Below, piece by piece: positions 26,409-36,127 of a DNA stretch of 61,632 nucleotides. The stretch is from Alphaproteobacteria bacterium. Its GTDB lineage: Bacteria > Pseudomonadota > Alphaproteobacteria > Rs-D84. The notes below the pieces were generated by a model. It made no database searches and was not told where the DNA came from. It saw nothing but the letters and a program-made list of their open reading frames with translations. The number at the start of each line of letters is the position of its first letter. Position 1 is the stretch's first letter. The translations under genes were made by a program, and so were the position numbers. The stretch lies in contig JAWPOG010000029.1 in the NCBI GenBank assembly GCA_033345155.1, positions 1 through 61,632 of the forward strand, written 5' to 3'.

Positions 26409-29010
26409 AGCCCCGGTAAAACATCGCGCGCACAAAGTTTATTGGAATAATTAACAATGATAAACACGATATAATCAGCCACTGGTACGTATCCAACGGC
26501 GACAGCTGTAACACCGCCCCGCCAAATGAAACACACAGCACTGTGCACGCAATAACACCAAATGCCACCGCCAAAAACATCGGGTTTGTTCGCAGGCGAC
26601 GGAATAAATTAAACCCATCAATACGCACACAAAATCCGTTCACAATCGCCATAATTACCAACAGAGCAAAACGCGCCGACATATAAGATTCCGGGCTTTG
26701 AAATATATTTCGTATCATCGGTGTCGCCAGTACACCAAACACACAGACAAATCCGATTGTCGTCCAGGCAACCTGGGATAAAACAGGACGCGATAGTAAT
26801 GGCGCATCCTTGCCCTGGGCAGATTCGGACATGTATTCGGGACGCGCGGGTTCACCACCAAATGCCAGGGAATTCAAACTGTCCATAACAATGTTCACAA
26901 TCAATATCTGGACTGCGGTGAATGCATCAAACCCAAACATCAATGGGAACAAGATACTTAGTATCACCAATGAAAAATTAATCGGCAGTTGGAATTTCAA
27001 AAAGTTAATGACATTGTGAACAAATGTACGCCCCAACAATATACATTTCGCAATTGATAAAAAGTTATTATCTGTGATGATAATGTCGCCCGATTCTTTG
27101 CATACGTCGGTACCATCGCCCATCGCAAATCCAACATCCGCGCGCTTTAACGCGGGGGCATCATTGGTGCCGTCGCCACACATACCAATACACAAATTCA
27201 GGCTTTGCGCCAATTTTACAATACGCAATTTTGTGTCTGGGGTTGCGCGAGCAATAACCTTGATACGCGACAACATTTTTTTTGCCATATCGTCAGACAA
27301 GTCGTCAAATTCAGTCGCCGTCATCGCGATATCATCATCGGTACAAATAATACCGCAATCGCGCGCAATCGCACATGCTGTATCTAAAATATCGCCGGTT
27401 ATCATCATGACCTGGACACCAGATTGACGCAGCGACGCAACAACATCCGCAACACCGGGACGAACCTGGTCGCGCATGGCAACAATGGAAATCAGAACTA
27501 AATCGTTCGGCAATTTTTCATCCGTTGCCCATGACGTGCTGTACGCGGTCGCAACCAGGCGCATCGCACGCGACGCGTTTTGCCGCATCAGTTCTAAAAG
27601 AACTTTTCGATTGATTGGTTTTAATTTCCCAGACGCATCCAAGTAATATTTTGTATGCGACAAAATAACCTCGGGCGCACCAAGATAACAGGACACATCG
27701 GCCGTGCGCACAGCCGAAAATTTATTCGCACTGTTGAACACAATGCGTTCCAGCACCGGAACATCAGACTGAATCTGGATTATTTGTTTGGCAACCGGCG
27801 CAACAGCGGTCAGCAGTGCGCGACCAGTTAAATTACCTCCAATTATTGCACCATCAGGGCCATATGTTGCACCACAAGTCAGTGCAACATTTTCCAGGAA
27901 CGCTTCGGCAACAGCATTATCAGCTTCCCCAACAAAGCCGACATCGATACAGTCACCCGAAAAATTATGAACCGGTTCGATAATACCGCGCGTTAGCGTT
28001 CCTGTTTTATCTGTACACAAAATCTGAATGTTGCCGGATTCTGGAATCTTGTTCGGATTTTTTGCCAAGATATTGTTCTTTATCATGGTCGAAATATTTT
28101 GCCCCGTGATAATTCCGATGATAAACGGCAAACCTTCGGGGACGGCGGCAACAAATATGGTCAGCGCCACTGTCAATGCGCTGAACACCATGTACAACAT
28201 TGAAGCATCCGCAGCCAGACCAGACGAATGAATATTTACAAACAGCAATACCAAGAAAATTATCGTGGCACAGACAGAGCCAATCTTGCTGATTTTATCC
28301 GCCAGATTATCCAATTGAATTTGTAGCGTGGTTTTAACCACATCAATCGAATTAAGCGTCGACATAATTTTGGCATTTTCTGTTGCGCCACCAACGCGTA
28401 CGACACGCATTACGCATTCGCCACTTAACACCGTCGTGCCGGAAAAAACACTGTGAGCATCGATATATGTATCACCAGAAATTTTTGCATCACGATTATA
28501 AACAAAATCAGACGGGACAGGCGTTTTTTCACATTCATCGCTTTCGCCATTTAAAATTGCATTATTAACCGCAATCGCGCCATCGACAACATAGCCATCC
28601 GCGCAAATCATTTCGCCAGCACGTAGCATAACAATATCATCAACAACAACTTCGGTGCTGGGGATATGAACAAGGTCACCATTGCGCACAACATCAGCAT
28701 ACATCAACGACGATTTAATGCGCAATTCTTCGGCACTGCGTTGCCCCTTTAATTTACTGGCAACAGTGGTAATGGCCACCACCAACAAAACGATACCTAT
28801 GCCGGCAGCTTCGAATACACTGCCATATCCGAACGCAGATAACACGATAAACATACACATCATAATCAACAAGACGATGTTTAATTTGTCTTGGAAAACC
28901 TCGAAAAAAAATTGCCACGCAGATTTTAATTTGGGGCGTGGCATTTCGTTGTTGCCATATTTAGCGCGACTGGCGATTACTTCGGCATTTGTTAAACCTG
29001 TATATTTCAT
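26407..29010 (-). CDS. P-type cation-transporting ATPase (type II, Ca2+/Mg2+-like)
   Basis: CTDKTGTLT phosphorylation site, MITGD, GDGTNDAPALKRADVGFAMG and about 10 TM segments. Confidence 0.9.
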   Translation of the reverse strand: MKYTGLTNAEVIASRAKYGNNEMPRPKLKSAWQFFFEVFQDKLNIVLLIMMCMFIVLSAFGYGSVFEAAGIGIVLLVVAITTVASKLKGQRSAEELRIKSSLMYADVVRNGDLVHIPSTEVVVDDIVMLRAGEMICADGYVVDGAIAVNNAILNGESDECEKTPVPSDFVYNRDAKISGDTYIDAHSVFSGTTVLSGECVMRVVRVGGATENAKIMSTLNSIDVVKTTLQIQLDNLADKISKIGSVCATIIFLVLLFVNIHSSGLAADASMLYMVFSALTVALTIFVAAVPEGLPFIIGIITGQNISTMIKNNILAKNPNKIPESGNIQILCTDKTGTLTRGIIEPVHNFSGDCIDVGFVGEADNAVAEAFLENVALTCGATYGPDGAIIGGNLTGRALLTAVAPVAKQIIQIQSDVPVLERIVFNSANKFSAVRTADVSCYLGAPEVILSHTKYYLDASGKLKPINRKVLLELMRQNASRAMRLVATAYSTSWATDEKLPNDLVLISIVAMRDQVRPGVADVVASLRQSGVQVMMITGDILDTACAIARDCGIICTDDDIAMTATEFDDLSDDMAKKMLSRIKVIARATPDTKLRIVKLAQSLNLCIGMCGDGTNDAPALKRADVGFAMGDGTDVCKESGDIIITDNNFLSIAKCILLGRTFVHNVINFLKFQLPINFSLVILSILFPLMFGFDAFTAVQILIVNIVMDSLNSLAFGGEPARPEYMSESAQGKDAPLLSRPVLSQVAWTTIGFVCVFGVLATPMIRNIFQSPESYMSARFALLVIMAIVNGFCVRIDGFNLFRRLRTNPMFLAVAFGVIACTVLCVSFGGAVLQLSPLDTYQWLIISCLSLLIIPINFVRAMFYRG

Positions 29011-29071
29011 TTCAAAATCCCCCGAATAATATGCACGGATGATAATACAATAAATCCAAAATTATAAACAA

Positions 29072-29101
29072 TAAAAAAATCCCCCAATCGGGGGATTTTT
29101 A
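29072..29101 (-). terminator. Rho-independent terminator after rplI
   Basis: aaaaaaatccccc-aatc-gggggattttt. Confidence 0.7.
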
Positions 29102-29121
29102 TTGTCTTTAATTCAACAGAA

Positions 29122-29706
29122 TTATTCTGCATCGGATGTTTCAGCAACAACTTCTTCTGTTGCAACTTCGGCGGCTGGCGCTTCTTCGACAACTTCTTCT
29201 TCAACCTTTTTGGTGCCGAATGTCAAAGATTTACCCGCAACCAATGCATCAATTTCGTCCTGGGTCTGAGCGACATAGATCTTAACAGGAACGATAACAT
29301 CTGGATGCAACGCAATTGTTGTATCGAACGCACCAACAGATTTAATTGGCGCACCCAACATAACCTGGGCAGATTCAACAGATACATTTGCAACCTCTTT
29401 CAACATACGCGCAATATCACGTGTTGATACAGAACCATACAACTGACCTGTGTCGCCAGCCTGGCGAATCATGTGCAGTTTTGCATTCTTGACCGCATCA
29501 ACATTGGATTCTGCGTTCTTTTTCGCTGTTTCCTGACGGGCAGTCAGTTCAGCCTTTTTCGCTTCGAACAAAGCAACGTTTTCACGTGTATAACGCATCG
29601 CTTTGCCGTTTGGCAACAGATAGTTGCGCGCATAGCCTGTTTTTACTTCGACTGCGTCGCCGATATTGCCCAATTTTGTAATTTTTTCTGTCAAAATAAC
29701 TTTCAT
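29122..29706 (-). CDS. rplI: 50S ribosomal protein L9 with an acidic C-terminal extension
   Basis: MKVILTEKITKLGNIGDAVEVKTGYARNYLLP. There is an extra tail ...KKVEEEVVEEAPAAEVATEEVVAETSDAE. Confidence 0.9.
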   Translation of the reverse strand: MKVILTEKITKLGNIGDAVEVKTGYARNYLLPNGKAMRYTRENVALFEAKKAELTARQETAKKNAESNVDAVKNAKLHMIRQAGDTGQLYGSVSTRDIARMLKEVANVSVESAQVMLGAPIKSVGAFDTTIALHPDVIVPVKIYVAQTQDEIDALVAGKSLTFGTKKVEEEVVEEAPAAEVATEEVVAETSDAE

Positions 29707-29728
29707 TTTATCTGTCCTTTGTATTCTG

Positions 29729-29851
29729 CCCCCATGGGGAAGTGTCCGACAGCGTCGGACGAAGGGGGTTAAAGTTAGGGTTGAAAACCCAGATTTAGTT
29801 TTAGGGAACCCTCCCCGGCAACGGATGTTGCCACCCCTCCACGGGGAGGGG
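29729..29851. repeat. Cluster of five short GC-rich hairpins inserted between rpsR and rplI
   Basis: ccccatgggg (29730-29739), gtccgac-agc-gtcggac (29744-29760), gggtt-gaa-aaccc (29778-29790), ggcaac-ggat-gttgcc (29817-29832) and cccctcc-acgg-ggagggg (29834-29851). Confidence 0.6.
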
Positions 29852-29856
29852 AATTT

Positions 29857-30084
29857 TTAACCCAAATTGTTACGAACGAACGGCATCAAGCCCAAATGAC
29901 GCGCACGTTTGATGGCGGTTGCCAATGCACGCTGGTCTTTCTGGGAAACACCGCTGATGCGGGATGGCACAATCTTACCACGTTCTGTGATATAGTGCGA
30001 CAATGTCTTGATGTCTTTATAGTCAATAACCTTGCCCTTTAATGGGTTTGATTTTTTACGATAAATTGCTGCACGAACTGCCAT
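29857..30084 (-). CDS. rpsR: 30S ribosomal protein S18
   Basis: [50 protein letters not shown]. Confidence 0.9.
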   Translation of the reverse strand: MAVRAAIYRKKSNPLKGKVIDYKDIKTLSHYITERGKIVPSRISGVSQKDQRALATAIKRARHLGLMPFVRNNLG

Positions 30085-30422
30085 TATTCTGCCTCCTCGG
30101 TATTCTTTTTCATCATGATAGAAGGTGTTGAAGCCAATTCGTCAACACGAACGTTCAAGAAACGGATAACGTCTTCGTCAATGCGGCTGCGACGTTCCAA
30201 TTCTGTAATCTGGGCACCTGGCAATTCAATGTTCAACATGACATAGTGTGCCTTGCGATTTTTACGAATGATGTATGCCAAATTTTTCAAGCCCCAGAAT
30301 TCTGTGGATTTAACATCACCACCCAGTTCTTTGATGATTTCTGTGAATTTAGCCGCTTTTTCTTTAACCTGCGGTTCGGTCAGGTCCTGGCGGAAAACCA
30401 AGACGCTTTCGTAGTAAGCCAT
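30084..30422 (-). CDS. rpsF: 30S ribosomal protein S6
   Basis: [21 protein letters not shown]...[24 protein letters not shown]. Confidence 0.9.
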   Translation of the reverse strand: MAYYESVLVFRQDLTEPQVKEKAAKFTEIIKELGGDVKSTEFWGLKNLAYIIRKNRKAHYVMLNIELPGAQITELERRSRIDEDVIRFLNVRVDELASTPSIMMKKNTEEAE

Positions 30423-30517
30423 TTTATTTCCTTTGGTCTTATATCAGCCGACGACCCCATGTCGCCAGCAGGAACGGCATTAATTATGGCAATTTATAAA
30501 CAAAAATCAAGTGTTTT

Positions 30518-32749
30518 TTATTTTGTAAATTTACCACTGCGTGGGAACCCAACTGGAACGGTGCGCCCCTGGGAAGCGCGCCGACCACGCCATGGCGCCC
30601 AATCGTCTAACTTGGTCGTGCCACGACCCGTCGTCCAACCAAATCCGTTCGCTGCATCAAAGAACATGACGTCCAAAACATATGTGCGTTCCGCATTGTA
30701 TTTTTGCAGAATTACACCCTTACCCCGCGACATTTGAGGGATTTCGTCGGTCGCAAATATTAACAGTTTATCATTCGAACCCGACATCGCAACCGTATCG
30801 CCCGTCACACGCACACACATATGTGCCGGATTTTTTGGTTCCGTGTTCATAACCTGCTTGCCGTTCTTGGTCTGGGCAACACAGGCATCGCCCGATATGA
30901 TAAACCCATTACCATGGCGCGACACCAACAGGTATTTCGCATTAACATCCAATACGAACGCGTGGACAATATCTTCGTCCGCGCCAATGTCCGCCATCAT
31001 TCGAACAGATTCCCCAAACCCACGCGCAGACGGCAATTCATTCGCGGACAATGTGAACATTTTACCGGACGAGCCGAATATATTGACTTTATCAGTGGAC
31101 ATCGCATGGAATGCGGTTTGCAATTCGTCGCCTTCTTTGAATTTCAAATCCAGCGCATTCAGGTCCAAATGCCCTTTGGCCGCACGAACCCAACCCATGG
31201 TCGATAAAATGATGGTCAGCGGTTCTTTTTCAATAAACTCGTCCGCGTTGACAACAATTTCTTCGGTTTGTTCAGCCCAGGTTGTGCGACGACGCCCCAA
31301 TTTTGTTTTTTTATCGTATGTCTTTTTAATGTCGTTGAACCATGCCTTTAACTGTTCATTTTGGGCATCATCACTGGCCAATAATGCCTGTAGTTTTTCT
31401 TGCTCTTCACGCAGGGCGGCATCTTCGCGTTTAATCTCCATTTCCTCTAATTTACGCAGGGAACGCAGGCGGGTGTTCAATATTGCCTCGACCTGAATCT
31501 CGGTCAGATTAAATTCTGCAATCAATACGCCCTTGGCATCATCTTCATTGCGAATAATTTCAATAACCCTGTCTAAATTCAGATAAACAACCAGCAAACC
31601 ACCCAGAATTTCCAAACGACGCGCGATATTAGCCAAACGCCATTTCGTGCGACGCTGTAGAACCAATTTCTGGTGCGCGATAAATTCACGCAACACATCG
31701 CCAATTGGCATCACACGTGGCGCGCCATTGGAATCAATAACATTGAAATTCATGTTGAACCGACATTCCAAGTCCGTCAAAGCAAACAAGTGAGCCATCA
31801 TTTTGTCCGCCGGAATATTGCGTGTTTTCGGTGTAATCACAATACGAACATCAGTTGTAGATTCATCAACAATATCATCAACCAGTGGCAACTTTTTTCC
31901 ATCAATCAGTGTTGCAATTTGTTCAACCAATTTCGATTTGACAATGCCGTACGGAATTTCAGATACAACAACCTGCCAGCCACCACGTTCCAGATTTTCA
32001 ACTTCCCAGCGGGCACGAATACGAAATGCGCCCTTGCCCGTGTCATAATTTTTAACAATTGTATCAAAACTGTCAATTAAAATGCCACCTGTGGGAAAGT
32101 CAGGCCCAACCATCTTTTTCATAATTTGGGCCGTCGTCGCATCAGGTTTATCAACAACCAGATTCAAGGCATCACAAACCTCGGCCACATTGTGGGTTGG
32201 GATATTTGTTGCCATACCAACAGCAATACCCATACCGCCATTTGCCAGCAAATTCGGAAATGCGCCCGGCATTACAACTGGTTCCAGTGTCGTACCGTCA
32301 AAGTTCGGCATCATATCAACACTGTTTTCGTCCAGGCCCTCCATAATCATCATGGCAGCCTCGGTCATTTTGGATTCTGTGTATCGATAGGCAGCCTGGG
32401 GGTCGCCATCAATATTACCAAAGTTGCCCTGGCCATCAATCAAGGGATAGCGAACTGAGAAATCCTGGGCTAGACGAACCATCGCATCATAAACAGATGA
32501 ATCCCCGTGTGGATGATAGTGCCCCAGCACATCACCAACAACCGTTGCACACTTGCGAAATGCGGCGTTCGGGGCCAATTTCTGACGCAACATAGAATAT
32601 AAAATACGACGATGTACAGGCTTTAACCCATCACGAACATCCGGCAATGCACGTGATACAATTGTGCTGACCGCATAGGACAGATAACGTTCAGATAACG
32701 CATCTGATAACTGTTGTGAATCAATATTTTCAATAATTTCTTTTCCCAT
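30518..32749 (-). CDS. parC: DNA topoisomerase IV subunit A
   Basis: LPDVRDGLKPVHRRILYSM, AAYRYTESKMT with PNFDGT (ParC-like rather than GyrA-like), and about 743 aa without a GyrA-box-type long C-terminal domain. Confidence 0.8.
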   Translation of the reverse strand: MGKEIIENIDSQQLSDALSERYLSYAVSTIVSRALPDVRDGLKPVHRRILYSMLRQKLAPNAAFRKCATVVGDVLGHYHPHGDSSVYDAMVRLAQDFSVRYPLIDGQGNFGNIDGDPQAAYRYTESKMTEAAMMIMEGLDENSVDMMPNFDGTTLEPVVMPGAFPNLLANGGMGIAVGMATNIPTHNVAEVCDALNLVVDKPDATTAQIMKKMVGPDFPTGGILIDSFDTIVKNYDTGKGAFRIRARWEVENLERGGWQVVVSEIPYGIVKSKLVEQIATLIDGKKLPLVDDIVDESTTDVRIVITPKTRNIPADKMMAHLFALTDLECRFNMNFNVIDSNGAPRVMPIGDVLREFIAHQKLVLQRRTKWRLANIARRLEILGGLLVVYLNLDRVIEIIRNEDDAKGVLIAEFNLTEIQVEAILNTRLRSLRKLEEMEIKREDAALREEQEKLQALLASDDAQNEQLKAWFNDIKKTYDKKTKLGRRRTTWAEQTEEIVVNADEFIEKEPLTIILSTMGWVRAAKGHLDLNALDLKFKEGDELQTAFHAMSTDKVNIFGSSGKMFTLSANELPSARGFGESVRMMADIGADEDIVHAFVLDVNAKYLLVSRHGNGFIISGDACVAQTKNGKQVMNTEPKNPAHMCVRVTGDTVAMSGSNDKLLIFATDEIPQMSRGKGVILQKYNAERTYVLDVMFFDAANGFGWTTGRGTTKLDDWAPWRGRRASQGRTVPVGFPRSGKFTK

Positions 32750-32804
32750 AGCATAGGGAATTTAGAACATTTCAAAAAAAATAACAACTGAAAAAATTAT
32801 TGTT

Positions 32805-32830
32805 AAAAATCCCCCAATCAGGGGGAATTT
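32805..32830 (-). terminator. Rho-independent terminator
   Basis: aaaaatccccc-aatca-gggggaatttttt. Confidence 0.7.
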
Positions 32831-32831
32831 T

Positions 32832-33917
32832 TTACAGGGTCTTTTGATTCAACTTCATATCTTGAACCAATTTTGGTGCATTTGACCCGACCTGGCTGTT
32901 GATACCAACACGATTAAAATATCTGTCGCGTGCCATGCGCACCAAACACTCGTGCGAGCGCGCCCCCAATTCCAAAACCGATGTCTGATTATTTGACAAA
33001 TACCGAATCAGTTCTTCGGTACTCATAGATTCAATGCGCTTTAATTCCTTGGCATATTCTGCGCGCACAATTTTACGCGTATCGGCCGCAAAAACATTTG
33101 AAACATCATAAGCGCTGAATAAATAGCCTATGTTTTCACGATTGTGTCCAACATAAATATGACGCCCCATCGAATCTGCAATAAACTGGCCCTGCTTAAT
33201 CAAACCACGCCCCAAATACATAATTGCGTGGAACAGGTTGTTGTTGCCACGATTGCGTGGAACAATCAAAATAGCGCCAGCATCTAAAGCGTCCGCACTG
33301 AAATTGTCGGCGGCGAATTTTTTCGTATACACTTGACGAACAGAATCAGACGCTGTTGCGCCAACCTTGTTGCGTGACAAATATTTATTCAACGCAGTAT
33401 TATACGCAGAATCAGATTCATGCATCTTACCCGTGCGAATACAACCGCCAAATTCCGGCGTGTTGTACTTTTTGCTCATATGATATTTGAACCCAGAACA
33501 AGATGTATGGCCACCCTGGGGGATAATAGTTAATGTGTCGCCCATCTCGTCCAAGGCGCGCGACAGGTGTGTGTATTGCCCATAAACACAATGCATTCCC
33601 ACAGGGGCCCCCGGCAATTCCGCACGAACCGCGGCACGATAGCCATTACGTCCCAACAAAGGATGCAATTTTTCCTGGGACTTTAACATTTTGCCAACAT
33701 ATTTGTCCAATAACGAGTCAACTTTGTCGTCCAAATATGTTTCGTTGATGACTTGTTCTGTGATACTGTCGTATGGAACGGTTATGCTGTGCCCAACGGC
33801 AGGTGAAGCATACGGAATATCGCGCCAAGTTGGATCGTTCTTGGCATCAGTCATGCCGATACACATCAATGTAGTTACACCCACCAGCACATACGGAGCT
33901 GTCCATTTCCACTTCAT
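32832..33917 (-). CDS. Secreted hypothetical protein with a possible papain-like (NlpC/P60-like) Cys/His pair
   Basis: Perfect AAGGAGG Shine-Dalgarno before MKWKWTAPYVLVGVTTLMCIGMTDA (signal peptide). GMHCVYGQYTHL, and later GAILIVPRNRGNNNLFHAIMYLGRG. Confidence 0.5.
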   Translation of the reverse strand: MKWKWTAPYVLVGVTTLMCIGMTDAKNDPTWRDIPYASPAVGHSITVPYDSITEQVINETYLDDKVDSLLDKYVGKMLKSQEKLHPLLGRNGYRAAVRAELPGAPVGMHCVYGQYTHLSRALDEMGDTLTIIPQGGHTSCSGFKYHMSKKYNTPEFGGCIRTGKMHESDSAYNTALNKYLSRNKVGATASDSVRQVYTKKFAADNFSADALDAGAILIVPRNRGNNNLFHAIMYLGRGLIKQGQFIADSMGRHIYVGHNRENIGYLFSAYDVSNVFAADTRKIVRAEYAKELKRIESMSTEELIRYLSNNQTSVLELGARSHECLVRMARDRYFNRVGINSQVGSNAPKLVQDMKLNQKTL

Positions 33918-34199
33918 AATAACCTCCTTTGCAATCAAACAGACATTACCCAGACAACTGGATTCGTCTTAATTGTTAACATTCGTTTTCTGTTGTGATT
34001 GGTTCATTGCACAAATAAAAAATTGCAATGTACATTCAGACAAATGGTCAAAACCAATGCCCCGACTTGCTGTATATTTCCAATTAAACCAGCAGCCCGC
34101 CCCGTTTCCAGGGAACCAAAGTTTATATACACTATATAGCATATTAGTGCTTTTTTGTCAAGTGTTAAGTAATGGGGCTATAAATTTTGTATCAAACAA

Positions 34200-34229
34200 A
34201 TAAAAAACCCCCGAAAACGGGGATTTTTC
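34200..34229 (-). terminator. Terminator after the cold-shock gene
   Basis: aaaaaacccccg-aaaa-cggggattttt. Confidence 0.65.
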
Positions 34230-34242
34230 ATAAAACATAATT

Positions 34243-34584
34243 TTATTTTTTCCAGAATGCAAACCCACGACGTGCTGTTTTTTCTTCGCGTTGTTTGCGT
34301 TCTTCGGTAGCACGACGACGTTCAGCGCGACGTTCTTGAAAACGGCGAGCAGATTCTTCATCACGTTGAATAACCGCAATCGTTGTTGCGGATAATTTGC
34401 CATTGCGAACTTCTTCTTCGAATTCGACAATGTCGTTTTCATTCAAAAATCTGATTCCGGCAGCCTTTAATGAACTGGAATGAACAAATACATCATCTGT
34501 GTTGCCGTCCGCGTTTGGTTTATCAGGACTGATGAAACCGAAACATTTTTTACCATTATACCACTTTACTTTTCCTTGACGCAT
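34243..34584 (-). CDS. Cold-shock domain protein with an Arg/Glu-rich C-terminal tail
   Basis: GKVKWYNGKKCFGFISP and DVFVHSS (RNP1/RNP2-like). 45-aa tail RRFQERRAERRRATEERKQREEKTARRGFAFWKK. Confidence 0.85.
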   Translation of the reverse strand: MRQGKVKWYNGKKCFGFISPDKPNADGNTDDVFVHSSSLKAAGIRFLNENDIVEFEEEVRNGKLSATTIAVIQRDEESARRFQERRAERRRATEERKQREEKTARRGFAFWKK

Positions 34585-34680
34585 AACCCTATCCTTTCCT
34601 TATGCTTGTTATGGTTCTGTGAAGCATATTCAGAACCTGGTTTAATTGTGACAGTTTTATACGATTAAAGCAAGGGGAAT

Positions 34681-34706
34681 AAAAATGCCCGCAAATTATG
34701 CGGGCA
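34681..34706 (-). terminator. Terminator after the 466-aa gene
   Basis: tgcccgca-aatta-tgcgggca, with a minus-strand T-run. Confidence 0.6.
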
Positions 34707-34710
34707 GCGG

Positions 34711-36111
34711 TTATTTTTTATAATACCGTTGAACCTCGTTCATAACAAAATTGAACAATTTGCCGGCCTGGGTGTCAGACGACACAGCCCAATCACGCCG
34801 CATGTACGGCATGGCAGCAACCAATATAAACCGCGCCATAAAATGGAATATCCTGGACTGCTGGTGTTTGGACAACTTCACAGGCGCATCTTCAATACAG
34901 AAAACTTCGTTTTCAATTGCGTCATTTAATTTTTCATTTATGTTATCCAAAATCTTTTGCGGATAGTACAGTTTGCATTCCTTGGGAAAGCCCTCGAACA
35001 TTGATACATCGTTATTGCGAGAATATAAAATGTTCCAACCGACGCGATCGAACAAGTCTTCCAGACATTGGCAAATCATACGATTGTATTCTTTGACACC
35101 CAATTCATAAAAGTTTGCCAGCTGGGTCTCCATATTATCTGACTTGTTGCATTTCTTTTTACGCGTATTTTCGTACACATCGTGCGTCCTGCTTTCGAAT
35201 TCAAAGAATGTGCGCACCTGACATATAATTTCCATTGGGATGATATTATCCGCGTCGGGACCGATATTCAAAATAATCTTGGCATCACGGTAATTGCGTG
35301 GATTTTTCATATCATAAAATTTGTCACGAACAGATAATACACGTTCGGGTAAAGCCTCGTACAGACGTTCGATGAATGTTCGTGCCTGTGGCACCAGGTC
35401 AAACAAGCATTTTACACGCCATACATCACGTAAGCGTTTGCGTGGCGGGGTAATTTTGTCGATAGCGCGAACCAAATCAACCGCAATCTTTTCATGCCCT
35501 CGCCCAATAATAGACAACACTGTTTCTGATGCGGCGCTGATATATTTTTCCGAGAAACGTTTACGAATCTTATCTGCGATTGCCTGGGCGGACGCGTCAC
35601 GATCGTGCAAAGACAAAACATTACAAGCAGCATTCGCGACATCATTTACATAGTCCGCATAATATTTCCCGGTAATCTTGTCCAATGCGCGATTGACATT
35701 TTTCTGGGCGCCAACGATGACCGTCACAATTGACGACACAGCCAAATCAACACGTTGTCCAACCGCACTGGTAAAAAATTGATTGCGCATTGGGTCCGCA
35801 TCCAGACGATGATTTACCACATATGGCAACAATGGGTTAATATCAGAAATACGAATAGGCTCATCAATCGCACGATTAGTTTCGTAATCATACTTCATAA
35901 CTGCTGCCTTGGGCGCACCAAAACATTTACCAAGGGTGTAAAACACCTGGCGAAACCAGTGCATACTGTCTGAATATAAATTTTTCAGATAATCGCCGGC
36001 CTCGTCATTGATGCGTCCTTCGGCAACAGCCTTGTCTATTATTTCAAAATTTTTTCTGTCATTTTCAATAGAGATATTCTGGGCCCAATTGCCCGAAACA
36101 GAATATGACAT
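34711..36111 (-). CDS. Hypothetical protein with a divergent RelA/SpoT-like nucleotidyltransferase core (tentative)
   Basis: The segment LRDVWRVKCLFDL...VRDKFYDMKNPRNYRDAKIILNI...PMEIICQVRTFFEFESRTHDVYE follows the order of the DxxGxR / YxxxH / ExQxRT blocks of (p)ppGpp-synthetase folds. Key residues are altered. Confidence 0.4.
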   Translation of the reverse strand: MSYSVSGNWAQNISIENDRKNFEIIDKAVAEGRINDEAGDYLKNLYSDSMHWFRQVFYTLGKCFGAPKAAVMKYDYETNRAIDEPIRISDINPLLPYVVNHRLDADPMRNQFFTSAVGQRVDLAVSSIVTVIVGAQKNVNRALDKITGKYYADYVNDVANAACNVLSLHDRDASAQAIADKIRKRFSEKYISAASETVLSIIGRGHEKIAVDLVRAIDKITPPRKRLRDVWRVKCLFDLVPQARTFIERLYEALPERVLSVRDKFYDMKNPRNYRDAKIILNIGPDADNIIPMEIICQVRTFFEFESRTHDVYENTRKKKCNKSDNMETQLANFYELGVKEYNRMICQCLEDLFDRVGWNILYSRNNDVSMFEGFPKECKLYYPQKILDNINEKLNDAIENEVFCIEDAPVKLSKHQQSRIFHFMARFILVAAMPYMRRDWAVSSDTQAGKLFNFVMNEVQRYYKK

Positions 36112-36127
36112 GTTTCCCCCTGTGTTT

